From assembly GCA_018992685.1 (NCBI GenBank), contig JACVGT010000031.1:4185-68184 (forward strand): a DNA stretch of 64,000 nt. The letters run 5' to 3'. Position 1 is the first letter of the stretch, and every line of letters begins with the position of its first letter. This document shows, piece by piece, positions 9,703-18,695 of the stretch. A program made the translations under genes and the position numbers. The DNA is from Theionarchaea archaeon. GTDB lineage: Archaea > Methanobacteriota_B > Thermococci > Methanofastidiosales > SZ-28-30. The notes beneath the pieces were generated by a model. The model was given only the letters and a program-made list of their open reading frames with translations, searched no databases and was not told where the DNA came from.

Positions 9703-10872
9703 ATGACAGAGGTTGTTATTGTATCAGGCGTGAGGACTCCTATTGGACGCTTTCGGGGTGGATTAAGCACCCTTTCTGCATGTCAGCTGGGCTCTATTGC
9801 TTTGAAAGAAGCTCTAAGAAGGGCAAGTATAGACACCGTTGACGAAGTGATTATGGGAAACGTAGTATCTGCTGGACTGGGACAGAACCCTGCCAGGCAG
9901 GCAGCCATCGGGGCAGGAATTCCAGTAGATGTCAGTTCATTTACTGTAAATAAGGTGTGTGGATCAGGGTTGAAGGCCGTGATGCTGGCAGCCCAGGCGA
10001 TTAGGGCAGGGGATGCTGACATTATTGCAGCAGGCGGAATGGAGAGCATGACAAGGGCCCCATACATGCTTTTCAGTGCACGAGATGGCTATCGTCTGGG
10101 AGACGGGAAACTAGTTGACAGCATGGTCCATGATGGTCTCTGGGACATATATAACGATTTTCACATGGGAATAACAGGAGAGATTATTGCAGAGAAATTT
10201 GGCATAACAAGAGAAGATGCGGATAAATTATCCGCTGAAAGCCACCAGAAATCCATAAAGGCCCAGGAAGAAGGCAAATTCAAAGATGAAATTGTTCCCG
10301 TTACCTATGAGACCAAGAAAGGCACAGTGACTGTGGATACTGATGAAGGCCCCAGGAAAGATAGCTCTCTTGAAGCTCTCGCCAGGTTAAGACCCGTGTT
10401 CAAGACGGATGGCGTAGTGACAGCGGGGAATGCATCTCAGATCAGTGACGGAGCATCAGCCGTTGTGGTCATGTCAGAAGAGAAGGCCAAAGAACTGGGA
10501 TTGGACCCCCTGGCGCGAATTGTGGATTCCTGTGCTGCAGGATTGGTCCCAGAACTGGTGATGGAAGCTCCCATTCCTTGTATACGGAAGCTGTTCCAGA
10601 AGACCGGGACATCCATGAAAGACATCGACCTCTTCGAGCATAATGAAGCCTTTGCCACTGCTTCCTGTGCTGTGATAAAGGAATTGCAGGTCCCACATGA
10701 CATTTTCAACGTGCATGGAGGGGCAGTAGCTCTGGGCCACCCCATCGGGTGCAGCGGTACAAGGATTCTGGTAACCCTGATGTACGCCATGAAGGACAGG
10801 GGCGCACGCAGAGGCATTGCCACCTTGTGTCTTGGAGGAGGAAATGCTGTCGGCATGATGATCGAAACTTAG
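9703..10872 (+). CDS. acetyl-CoA C-acetyltransferase (thiolase II)
   Basis: MTEVVIVSGVRTPIG start; active-site Cys in NKVCGSGLKA; GNASQISDGA; NEAFA; C-terminal GGAVALGHPIGCSG. Start moved to ATG 9703 from the track's GTG 9688. Confidence 0.93.
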   Translation: MTEVVIVSGVRTPIGRFRGGLSTLSACQLGSIALKEALRRASIDTVDEVIMGNVVSAGLGQNPARQAAIGAGIPVDVSSFTVNKVCGSGLKAVMLAAQAIRAGDADIIAAGGMESMTRAPYMLFSARDGYRLGDGKLVDSMVHDGLWDIYNDFHMGITGEIIAEKFGITREDADKLSAESHQKSIKAQEEGKFKDEIVPVTYETKKGTVTVDTDEGPRKDSSLEALARLRPVFKTDGVVTAGNASQISDGASAVVVMSEEKAKELGLDPLARIVDSCAAGLVPELVMEAPIPCIRKLFQKTGTSMKDIDLFEHNEAFATASCAVIKELQVPHDIFNVHGGAVALGHPIGCSGTRILVTLMYAMKDRGARRGIATLCLGGGNAVGMMIET

Positions 10873-10876
10873 TCCC

Positions 10877-10900
10877 TTTTTTTCTCATTTTCTATGTTTC
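10877..10900 (+). terminator. oligo-T tract after the thiolase gene
   Basis: A T7 run followed by further T-rich sequence lies 5 nt after the stop codon, which is typical of an archaeal terminator signal. Confidence 0.4.
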
Positions 10901-11295
10901 AAGTTATTCTGAACTGCATAATTGACCATGGTTGACACGGAAGAAACTTCCTCGAGTCACTGCTTCCTGGTTGGCCACAGGGCCAAAGCGAGGGTTCCCG
11001 GATTCTTCACGTGTCATTCTTGATCTCTGGTTCTCTATCTGGATTTCTGCCCTCTAAGGAAGACTTTTCGCTTCCTCATGTCTTCCTGTGCCCCAGTCTC
11101 AGGTGTTATCCCCCCTTCACTCATTGAAGAGGAATAACAGGCATGAGTGGCCCTATGCTATCGCCGGGATCAACGCAGGCTTGAACTCTTGTCAGCGTCT
11201 TGAAAAGATCCTTGAGCTTCATAGGGCTGACCCATGAGTGCCATGAAAAGTATTTAAGGAAGGAATAATCACCATGGTAATAGAAAGGGATAATA

Positions 11296-12018
11296 ATGAC
11301 TGCTATTGAAGTAGTAGACTTGGTAAAGAATTACGCGAACATTGAAGCACTGCGAGGAATATCATTCATGGTCAATAAAGGCGAGATATTTGGCCTTATC
11401 GGACCCAATGGGGCAGGGAAAACCACAACCCTGAGAATTGTAGCTACCCTCTTAGAGATCTCATCTGGCATTGTGAGAGTGTTTGGGAACGATGTGAAGA
11501 AGGACCCCGAACGGGTGAGGGAAAAAATCAGCTACCTTCCAGAAGAAGCAGGAGCTTATAAGAACCTGTCTGGAATCGAATACCTAAATTTTATGGCTCA
11601 ATTCTACACGAATGGGAGAGACATTGAAGAAATGGTAGCGACTGGGACTTCTATTTCCGGTCTCGAGGACAGGATCAATGATAAGGTCAGCACCTACAGC
11701 AAGGGGATGACCCGGAAATTACTGGTGGCCAGGTCATTGATGATGAATCCCCCTCTGGCCATTCTTGATGAACCCACTAGCGGGCTTGATGTTATTAACT
11801 CCCAGGAAGTGCGGGGCCTCATCAAGGATCATGCCAGGAAAGGATGTACGGTATTGCTATCCTCTCATAACATGCTGGAAATAGAATTTCTCTCCAGCAG
11901 AGTGGCCCTCATTGGTGAAGGCAGAATACTGGATTCAGGAACTCCTGGTGAGCTCAAGAACCGGTATAGTGCTCAGAATCTGGAGGAAGTATTCCTGGAG
12001 GCGGTCTCCCATGAGTAA
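11296..12018 (+). CDS. ABC transporter ATP-binding protein
   Basis: Walker A GPNGAGKTT, signature YSKGMTRKL, Walker B LAILDEPTSGLD, H-loop SSHNM. Confidence 0.92.
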   Translation: MTAIEVVDLVKNYANIEALRGISFMVNKGEIFGLIGPNGAGKTTTLRIVATLLEISSGIVRVFGNDVKKDPERVREKISYLPEEAGAYKNLSGIEYLNFMAQFYTNGRDIEEMVATGTSISGLEDRINDKVSTYSKGMTRKLLVARSLMMNPPLAILDEPTSGLDVINSQEVRGLIKDHARKGCTVLLSSHNMLEIEFLSSRVALIGEGRILDSGTPGELKNRYSAQNLEEVFLEAVSHE

Positions 12019-13300
12019 ATTCACAGCGATCCTGATTAAAGAGATGAAAGACTTGCTGAGAGATCCCAAAATCGTCGTGGGGATGATCGTGGTACCCCTG
12101 GTGCTGTTTCCAGCCATGGGAGCCATGTTCCGCACAGGGATGAAATCAGTAGAAAGTGAAATCCAGATTGGCGTCATGAACCAGGACACCGGCCACTTTT
12201 CACAGGAGTTGATCAGGATACTGGAAGACAATCCGGGTGTCAAGCTGTACCAGCCGCAATCGTCTTCACTGGAGGGAGCAATTCAGGAGGCCCAGACCAA
12301 CGATGTCAAGGTGCTTCTGGTGATACCACCAGGGTTTTCTGCTGATGTTGAGGACACCACAGGGGCAGAAATTGACATGTATGCTGTAGTTGAAGGGCTG
12401 GGAATGAGTGAAGTTATCTCCTCATCTCGAGTGGACATGATTATCCAGGGGATCAACACACAGCTCTCAAGGACCATTATTTCAGAGAAGGTGCCAGATA
12501 CAGATCCAGGTAATATTCTTCAGCCCATAACTACCAGAGGATATACTGTAGTACGAGGAAAGACAGTGAACGTTCCACCTGCAGTTATTGCTGGTCTCGT
12601 TTCTTCTCAGTCTTTCATTGTGCCTGTGGTGCTCATGGTGATGATAATGTTTGTAGCCCAGATGGCAGCAACCTCCATGGCCACAGAAAAAGAGAACAAG
12701 ACCCTGGAGACGTTGTTGACCCTGCCGGTGAGCCGTCTCTCTATCCTGGCAGGCAAAATGGGAGGAACCGCGGTGGTTTCTCTTATTTCTGCTGTGGCAT
12801 ACATCATCGGGTTCAGCACCTACATGTCTGCCTTTCAATTCGGAGAGGTGGAAAGTGCCCTGTCCCTGAAAGATGTTGGGTTAGCCATAACTCCCGTGGG
12901 ATTCTTGATGCTTGGGATCAGCATATTCATGGCCGTTCTGGCAGCGCTGTCACTGTCCATGGTTCTGGCGGTGTTTACTCAGGATGTACGAAGCGCTCAG
13001 AGCCTGGTGTCTTTCACCATCATGCCGCTGGTGTTTCCTTCCATGATCTTCATATTCGCCGACATGAATTCGCTACCAGTGGCATTGAGATATGTGCTGC
13101 TTGCACTGCCCTTTTCTCATCCCACCATTGCTGCCAGTGCTCTAGCCCTGAAGAATTATGCCATTGTTCTTGGCGGGATTGTCTACCTGGGTGTCTTCAC
13201 CCTGGTGGTACTGCTCATAGCTGCTCACATGTTCAACACGGAGAGAGTTGTCACAGCAAAGATTACACTCGGGCGTAAGAAGAGCAAGAGCAAAGGATGA
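12011..13300 (+). CDS. ABC-2 type transporter permease
   Basis: ATG 12011 overlaps the ATPase stop by 8 nt (ATGAGTAA). MSKFTAILIKEMKDLLRDPK is followed by one TM, a large loop and 5 C-terminal TM helices, as in ABC-2/NatB-like permeases. Confidence 0.8.
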   Translation: MSKFTAILIKEMKDLLRDPKIVVGMIVVPLVLFPAMGAMFRTGMKSVESEIQIGVMNQDTGHFSQELIRILEDNPGVKLYQPQSSSLEGAIQEAQTNDVKVLLVIPPGFSADVEDTTGAEIDMYAVVEGLGMSEVISSSRVDMIIQGINTQLSRTIISEKVPDTDPGNILQPITTRGYTVVRGKTVNVPPAVIAGLVSSQSFIVPVVLMVMIMFVAQMAATSMATEKENKTLETLLTLPVSRLSILAGKMGGTAVVSLISAVAYIIGFSTYMSAFQFGEVESALSLKDVGLAITPVGFLMLGISIFMAVLAALSLSMVLAVFTQDVRSAQSLVSFTIMPLVFPSMIFIFADMNSLPVALRYVLLALPFSHPTIAASALALKNYAIVLGGIVYLGVFTLVVLLIAAHMFNTERVVTAKITLGRKKSKSKG

Positions 13301-13384
13301 ATGGCTGGTCTTTTTCCATCCAATTTTTCCTTCTTCTCCTTTTTTCCTTTCAGTGCCTTTCTTCAATGAGAAGGAGTGGTCCAT

Positions 13385-14152
13385 TCACCAGGAATTCAAA
13401 GCTTCTATTATCTTTCTGTGCAGCACAGGATCAGCACACACCACACATTCTCCTCTGAAGTGTCCACGTTCATCGAAGAACCCATTTGCGAATAGGTGCT
13501 TCCCATGCTCATTAGTAAGTATTACGCCCCCTGCCCTGGCAATTATGGCTGCTGCTGCAATATCAACAATCCGGGCTTTTTTCCGCAGATCTACCACAGC
13601 CTGCAATGTTCCTTCCACCACGTATGAGATTTCCAGAGCCAGAGACCCAAGGCATCTCCATGCTTCAACCAGAGGAAGTACCTTCTCAAATTGTGTTCCA
13701 ATGTACATTGAAGCAATGGATTCGGAGCGGCTCTGAGTGATGATCTTGCCATTTTTCAAAGGGGTACTGCCTGCAAAAGCTTCGTATATCTCGTGGGTGC
13801 ACAAGTTCTTCACCAGGCCGTACTGCACGGTTCCAGACAGAGCTACAGATACCGAATAGAACGGTATCCCCGTGAGTGCATTCATGGTTCCATCCAGTGG
13901 GTCCAGAATAATGACCACATCTCCTTCCCCCCGTATTCCAGATTCTTCTGTGATGAGGGTATACTCCAGGGATCCCCTCTCGAGATACTCAATGGCTGCA
14001 TCCTCAGCTATTCTGTCAATCCTTCGGGTGAGCCCCCCTCCCGCACTCTCTCCTGCCGGTTCCTGTGCTTCCCGAGTTCCCAGGAGAGGGGCGATTGCCT
14101 TTTCGATGAGGGTGGCAATATCCCGTGCAATCCCAGAATAATCATATTCCAT
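13385..14152 (-). CDS. inositol monophosphatase / FBPase family protein
   Basis: Motifs EESG, ILDPLDGTMNA and WRCLGSLALEISYVVEG. Confidence 0.85.
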   Translation of the reverse strand: MEYDYSGIARDIATLIEKAIAPLLGTREAQEPAGESAGGGLTRRIDRIAEDAAIEYLERGSLEYTLITEESGIRGEGDVVIILDPLDGTMNALTGIPFYSVSVALSGTVQYGLVKNLCTHEIYEAFAGSTPLKNGKIITQSRSESIASMYIGTQFEKVLPLVEAWRCLGSLALEISYVVEGTLQAVVDLRKKARIVDIAAAAIIARAGGVILTNEHGKHLFANGFFDERGHFRGECVVCADPVLHRKIIEALNSW

Positions 14153-14173
14153 GGAGGTTGTTGATCTTCAACC

Positions 14174-14184
14174 CATATATACAT
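14174..14184 (-). promoter_or_regulatory. TATA-like box (minus strand ATGTATATATG) for the IMPase gene
   Basis: It lies about 30 nt upstream of ATG 14152. This suggests the IMPase gene is transcribed separately from the operon upstream. Confidence 0.35.
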
Positions 14185-14221
14185 TAACATTTGATGAAAG
14201 AGGAAAGAGGGATGCCACAGA

Positions 14222-15079
14222 TCATTTCTGATCCAGATTCCGTATTCTCGTCCAGATGGTCTTGAGGATTTCCGCAAATTCACTGTCCAGTTCAGTCAAG
14301 GTCAATCCTTTGTCCATGGCCTGTGGTATCCTGGTATCGTAAGGTAGCCTGCCCACAATTGGGATTCTCTTCTGGTGACACCAGGTTTCAATTTCCTGCG
14401 CTAGTTCTGTACACAGGTCACACTTGTTAATGAGGACACAACAGGCAATTGAAAAATGCTTGAGGACCCCATAGATTCTCTCAAGATCATACATTCCGGA
14501 TCGAGTGGGTTCACTGACAAGCACCGCCAGAGAGGTCCCCACAAGAGATGCAATGACAGGGCACCCGATCCCGGGAGAACCATCCACCAATATGAGGTCT
14601 TTCCCAGCCTCCTCAGCAACAGAAAAAGCCACCTCTCGAACCCTGGTTACCAGTTTGCCAGAGGCCTCCTCCCCTGTGAAGAGTTCAGCATGCACCAGAG
14701 GCCCGAATCGAGTGGTGGATACAAAGACCTCCCCAGTCATTCTCTCTTCCAGAGTGAGAGCGTTGACAGGGCACACCAGCGTGCAGGCTCCACACCCTTC
14801 ACATTTCTCCTTGATAACTGCCATTGACCCGTCTATACTGTTAAACCTGCAGACTTTCTGACATTCTCCACAGAATGTGCACAATTCCTCATGTTTTACG
14901 GCTAGTTTTGAACCAATGAATGATTCTTTCCTTTCCACGGTAGGATCCAGCAAGAGGGGCAAATCAGAGGCGTCTACATCACAGTCTGCGAGCGCGGCAT
15001 TACACAGGCTGGCAAAGGCAACTGTAAGTGTCGTCTTTCCTGTTCCCCCTTTCCCGGATATGACTGTTATCTCCTTCAT
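14222..15079 (-). CDS. MinD/CooC-superfamily P-loop ATPase with 2x[4Fe-4S] ferredoxin insert
   Basis: Deviant Walker A SGKGGTGKTT. CTFCGECQKVC and CEGCGACTLVCP are inserted after the P-loop. ATG overlaps the upstream gene by 4 nt. Confidence 0.85.
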   Translation of the reverse strand: MKEITVISGKGGTGKTTLTVAFASLCNAALADCDVDASDLPLLLDPTVERKESFIGSKLAVKHEELCTFCGECQKVCRFNSIDGSMAVIKEKCEGCGACTLVCPVNALTLEERMTGEVFVSTTRFGPLVHAELFTGEEASGKLVTRVREVAFSVAEEAGKDLILVDGSPGIGCPVIASLVGTSLAVLVSEPTRSGMYDLERIYGVLKHFSIACCVLINKCDLCTELAQEIETWCHQKRIPIVGRLPYDTRIPQAMDKGLTLTELDSEFAEILKTIWTRIRNLDQK

Positions 15080-15906
15080 ATAGCATCACCGATTTTCTGG
15101 TAGAGAGTCTGAAACTCCCTTTTCCAGGACGGTATTTCCTTGATGAAGGGTATGCCCTGAGCACACAGTTCTGCTATGGCTCTTTCATGGGGGATTTTCA
15201 TGAGGACGGGGACGTGTTCCCGTGAACAGTATTCCTCAATAGGGGCACACCCCATGCCCCACTTGTTGATAAGCACACCACAGGGAACATCCAGTACCCG
15301 TGTCAGGGTCACTGCCATCTTGAGATCATGCAGTCCAAAGGGAGTAGGCTCTGTCACCAGGAGGCAGAAATCACAGTCAGACACTGTTTCTATGACAGGA
15401 CATCCGGTTCCAGGAGGAGCATCCAGGATTACTTTTCTGGAGGTGTCAATAATCTCGGTTACGGCCCGTATCACAGGTGTCGCCAGGGGTTCTCCTACGT
15501 TGAGGACACCTCTGACAAACTCCATGGAGGCAAAGGACCCCCGCTCTAGAGTTCCAATAGCCCTTTTCCGCTCTGAGATAGCATCTTTGGGGCAGACGAG
15601 AGTGCAGCCGCCACATCCGTGACAGAGCTGAGAAAACACTGCGCTCTTCTGAGGAAAGATAGCCAGAGCATTGAACTGGCAAAAGTCAGCGCACGCCCCA
15701 CACAAAGTGCACTTCTCTATGGCTATATACGGTACAGGAATTGTCACATCTCCCACGTGTTCAAGAGGGAGTCGCAGGTATACGTTGCAGTCAGGTTCCT
15801 CCACATCGCAGTCTACGAGCTGTACGTTCTCCAGGGACAGGGCCAGATTCACAGACACAGTGGTTTTTCCCGTTCCTCCCTTCCCGGATGCCACGGCGAT
15901 CTTCAT
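15076..15906 (-). CDS. MinD/CooC-superfamily P-loop ATPase with 2x[4Fe-4S] ferredoxin insert (paralog)
   Basis: SGKGGTGKTT; CTLCGACADFC and CHGCGGCTLVCP; SD GGTGAT upstream. Confidence 0.85.
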   Translation of the reverse strand: MKIAVASGKGGTGKTTVSVNLALSLENVQLVDCDVEEPDCNVYLRLPLEHVGDVTIPVPYIAIEKCTLCGACADFCQFNALAIFPQKSAVFSQLCHGCGGCTLVCPKDAISERKRAIGTLERGSFASMEFVRGVLNVGEPLATPVIRAVTEIIDTSRKVILDAPPGTGCPVIETVSDCDFCLLVTEPTPFGLHDLKMAVTLTRVLDVPCGVLINKWGMGCAPIEEYCSREHVPVLMKIPHERAIAELCAQGIPFIKEIPSWKREFQTLYQKIGDAI

Positions 15907-16111
15907 GAGGTATCACCTGTTACTGTGCCTCCTTGCAGCACAAATGTTGGTTTGCTTCCTGTGTGGAGTGCGTGCTCTCTGATGGACGATCCCGCATTCC
16001 CTGTAGGAATAATGGATGGAGCAATCTCTGCGATATCGAGACTCTTACTGGCGCAGCTATGGCTGGAATTATCAGGGTCATAGTATCACACATAAGAGGA
16101 AAAAGTGGCCA

Positions 16112-16453
16112 TCACGGTTCTTGCTTGAGCTCTCTCATGCGAGCCTCGACTGCTTCCAGCTCTTTCTTGATGTTGGCAGCTACCTGTTCCAGATAGGCGA
16201 TCTCTTCTGTTGGGTCAATCTGGGAAGATGCGTACATGGAAGCAGGATAACTGGGAATATGGTAGGGAGGTACAACGTGGCGTGGCATGAAATCAGCTCT
16301 CCAAACCCTGCGACATCCTCTTCCTCCTCCCCAGAATCCGTGCCCAGGCCAGGCATTGGCAAATCCGGGGACACGATATCCGGCACAGTAACCTGCAGCT
16401 CTTCCTGTTCTGGGACCCTCTCCTGAGGGTCCAATTCCGTCTCCTCTTGGCAT
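16112..16453 (-). CDS. DUF5320-like small protein
   Basis: MPRGDGIGPSGEGPRTGRAAGYCAGY... with a C-terminal coiled coil (IAYLEQVAANIKKELEAVEARMRELK). ATG 16453 has a strong SD GGAGGTGAT. The longer track ORF (to 16696) overlaps the neighbouring gene and is rejected. Confidence 0.7.
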   Translation of the reverse strand: MPRGDGIGPSGEGPRTGRAAGYCAGYRVPGFANAWPGHGFWGGGRGCRRVWRADFMPRHVVPPYHIPSYPASMYASSQIDPTEEIAYLEQVAANIKKELEAVEARMRELKQEP

Positions 16454-16457
16454 GACA

Positions 16458-16826
16458 TCACCTCCTTTCGTGTCTGTGCATTTTGCAGGCAGTCTCTTCT
16501 GTTGCTTCCTGGAGGATTCCTTCATTGAATAGATCAATGGCATCATGGACTGTGCCTGTAGCCCCCGCAAAGACTCTGATCCCGTAGGACTCGAACATGC
16601 GAACTGCTCTGGGCCCCAGTCCGGAGCACAGCATGACGTCCACGTGATTTCGAGCCAGTTCTTCGGGAGGCTTTCCAGACCCCCCCATGTGTTCACTGGT
16701 ATTCTCTAAAACCTGCACGAGTTTTGTGGCTGTGTCATACACGGTGAAAGTGGGAGCTCTTCCGAAATGTGGGCTCACCTCTTCTGCCAGTCCCTTCTTT
16801 CCCATGGTAGGTACTCCAATTCTCAT
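16458..16826 (-). CDS. NifX/NifB-C-terminal-like (dinitrogenase FeMo-cofactor-binding fold) protein
   Basis: MRIGVPTMGKKGLAEEVSPHFGRAPTFTVYD...VDVMLCSGLGPRAVRMFESYGIRVF. ATG 16826 follows SD GGTGAT. 122 aa. Confidence 0.8.
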   Translation of the reverse strand: MRIGVPTMGKKGLAEEVSPHFGRAPTFTVYDTATKLVQVLENTSEHMGGSGKPPEELARNHVDVMLCSGLGPRAVRMFESYGIRVFAGATGTVHDAIDLFNEGILQEATEETACKMHRHERR

Positions 16827-16830
16827 GGTA

Positions 16831-17199
16831 TCACCCACTGGACTGCCCGCTGCCCTTGGGCACATTAGATTCAGACAATTCCGGCAGTTCTGCGTTCTTG
16901 AATTGAGTTATGACATCTGAAATGACCCCGCTCCCGTTGTAGATTTTCATTCCAGCGTATTTCAGAGCACTAAATGCATTGGGGCCAAAGTTGTTCCCGA
17001 TTACAGCATCCACTTCTTCATTGCTCACAATTTGAGAAGCCTGCACACCTGCACCTTTTCCAGCCCGTTCTCCCAGGTTGGGAACTGTATGAAAGTCCAT
17101 GGTGTCAGTATCTACAATCAAGAAGTATCTGCATCGTCCAAAACGGGGATCAACTGCAGCTTCCAGAGTTTGATCAGTAGCGGAAATAGCTATTTTAAT
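16831..17199 (-). CDS. NifX/NifB-C-terminal-like protein, apparent non-canonical start (ATT/ATA)
   Basis: The frame is open up to the Mrp TAG stop and encodes IKIAISATDQTLEAAVDPRFGRCRYFLIVD, the conserved family N-terminus. The first canonical start (TTG 17121) would delete it. With ATT 17199 the product is 122 aa, the same as its paralog. Confidence 0.65.
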   Translation of the reverse strand: MKIAISATDQTLEAAVDPRFGRCRYFLIVDTDTMDFHTVPNLGERAGKGAGVQASQIVSNEEVDAVIGNNFGPNAFSALKYAGMKIYNGSGVISDVITQFKNAELPELSESNVPKGSGQSSG

Positions 17200-18030
17200 C
17201 TAATCACCTTCTTTTCTGGTGTTTTCTTCCACCTGTTTCTCAATGGTGCTCACAACATCACCAAAAGCCTGAGACAGAGAGGTGTTACAGAGCACGAAAG
17301 GTGTCCCTTCATCACCACTCTCTGCTATCGCGGTGTCAAGAGGTATCTTTCCCAGGAAGGAGACATTCATGTCTGATGCAGCTCTTTCTCCTCCTCCTGA
17401 TCCAAAGACGTCCACATCCTTTCCACAGTGCGGGCATTGGAAGCCGCTCATGTTTTCAACAATACCCAAGACAGGCATGTTCAGAATTCTGGCAAAGGTA
17501 ATGGACTTTCTCACAGAGAGCAAAGCCACGTCCTGGGGAGTGGTAACGATTATGACTCCATCAACGTCTGGAATCAACTGGGCAATACTCAGGGGCTCGT
17601 CCCCTGTTCCCGGGGGGAGGTCAATAATCAAGTAATCCAGTTCTCCCCACTGCACCTGCCCCAGAAAATCCTTTACTGCTTTCATCTTTGCAGGGCCCCT
17701 CCATATGACAGGCGAGTCTGTGCTGGGCAGCAAGAAGGCCATGGACATGACTTTTACCCGCGGAGGAACAAGAATGGGAATGATTCCTTCCTTGGATAGT
17801 TCAGGTGCAGCAGCTGTAATGCCCAGCAGTTTGGGGATGGAAGGCCCGTGAATGTCACAATCCAGCAATCCTACTGCCTTCCCTCTCACAGAAAGACACA
17901 ATGCCAGATTGGCTGCTACTGTACTCTTCCCGACTCCGCCCTTTCCACTCATTACCAGTATGACAAGCTGGACAGCTTTCAAGTTGTCCTCTATCTCTCT
18001 GTCAACAGGGAGGATCTTGCCTGTATTCAT
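17200..18030 (-). CDS. Mrp/NBP35/ApbC-type Fe-S cluster carrier ATPase
   Basis: MSGKGGVGKSTVAANLA, DLPPGTGD, and the CPHCG motif. SD GGAGGTGAT upstream. Confidence 0.9.
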   Translation of the reverse strand: MNTGKILPVDREIEDNLKAVQLVILVMSGKGGVGKSTVAANLALCLSVRGKAVGLLDCDIHGPSIPKLLGITAAAPELSKEGIIPILVPPRVKVMSMAFLLPSTDSPVIWRGPAKMKAVKDFLGQVQWGELDYLIIDLPPGTGDEPLSIAQLIPDVDGVIIVTTPQDVALLSVRKSITFARILNMPVLGIVENMSGFQCPHCGKDVDVFGSGGGERAASDMNVSFLGKIPLDTAIAESGDEGTPFVLCNTSLSQAFGDVVSTIEKQVEENTRKEGD

Positions 18031-18512
18031 GGGGTATCACCTCCCTGGTGAGGCCCCCTCTGATTTCTGCATTTGGGACCTCCCGGCCCTCGTCTGCATC
18101 CTCTGTCTTCTGGAGCTCTGTGAAAATTCTCAGAGCCGCATTCAGGGCAGGCAGGTGGTCTTCCTGTTCCGTACGGGAGTTCCCATTCTTGACCGCAATC
18201 ATAACATCTGAATTTTCTTTGTCTCAAAACATAATCACCTCCTCCTATGCGGAGGGCTTTACCCAGGACCACGGCTTCTGCGATTTTCTTGTGTGCCTCT
18301 TTCAGCATTCTGTGGAGTGTAGGCTGCGAAATGCCCATGACTGCAGCAGCCTCTGTCTGCTCTTTCCCCTCCAGGTCCACCAGCCGAATGGCTTCCAGCT
18401 CATCTACCTGAAGTGCTATCTCTTCCAGAACCGTCAGTCCTACTCCTCGAGGTTTGAAGTAGGCACAGTGTGGGCCTGATTGGACTCTTCTACATCGCCG
18501 TGGTCTTGGCAT
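18027..18512 (-). CDS. DUF134-family DNA-binding protein with C-terminal zinc ribbon
   Basis: MPRPRRCRRV...YFKPRG...LQVDELEAIRLVDLEGKEQTEAAAVMGISQPTLHRML (sigma-70 region-4-like HTH) followed by CYDCGQEW...CPECGS. Confidence 0.8.
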   Translation of the reverse strand: MPRPRRCRRVQSGPHCAYFKPRGVGLTVLEEIALQVDELEAIRLVDLEGKEQTEAAAVMGISQPTLHRMLKEAHKKIAEAVVLGKALRIGGGDYVLRQRKFRCYDCGQEWELPYGTGRPPACPECGSENFHRAPEDRGCRRGPGGPKCRNQRGPHQGGDTP

Positions 18513-18533
18513 GTTATGAATATATATTCATTA

Positions 18534-18542
18534 CTTATAAAG
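18534..18542 (-). promoter_or_regulatory. TATA-like box (minus strand CTTTATAAG) for the DUF134 operon
   Basis: It lies about 29 nt upstream of ATG 18512. It is the only clear promoter-like element between 18512 and 14222. Confidence 0.45.
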
Positions 18543-18695
18543 GTGTCTGTCATCATCCACTCCATTTCATGAAGAGTCTACTGGAATATCTGGATGTGGC
18601 ACCTTTACCCCCCTGACACATGGGTTCTCCCCATATTTGGGTAAGACTCTGGGACGCTACGCAAACCATTATAAGCAGAGTGACTATTCTACACC

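Noticed and set aside
9783-10888. Multiple antisense or off-frame ORFs inside the thiolase gene, and similar sets inside hdrA, polB, cysS, fbp, OFOR and the MinD-like genes
   Set aside because: These are shadow ORFs of strongly supported genes. They have no independent signals or family resemblance.
15920-16093. A 57-aa ORF (MCDTMTLIIPAIAAPVRVS...CCKEAQ) in the 205-nt gap between DUF5320 and the first MinD-like gene
   Set aside because: It has no SD, no recognisable motif and an odd composition. It is kept only as a possibility because its stop lies 13 nt before the next ATG.
16454-16696. The long version of ORF 16112..16696 (194 aa)
   Set aside because: Its N-terminal 81 codons overlap the NifX-like gene 16458..16826 in another frame and look non-protein-like. 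The conserved DUF5320-like sequence begins at ATG 16453, which has a strong SD.
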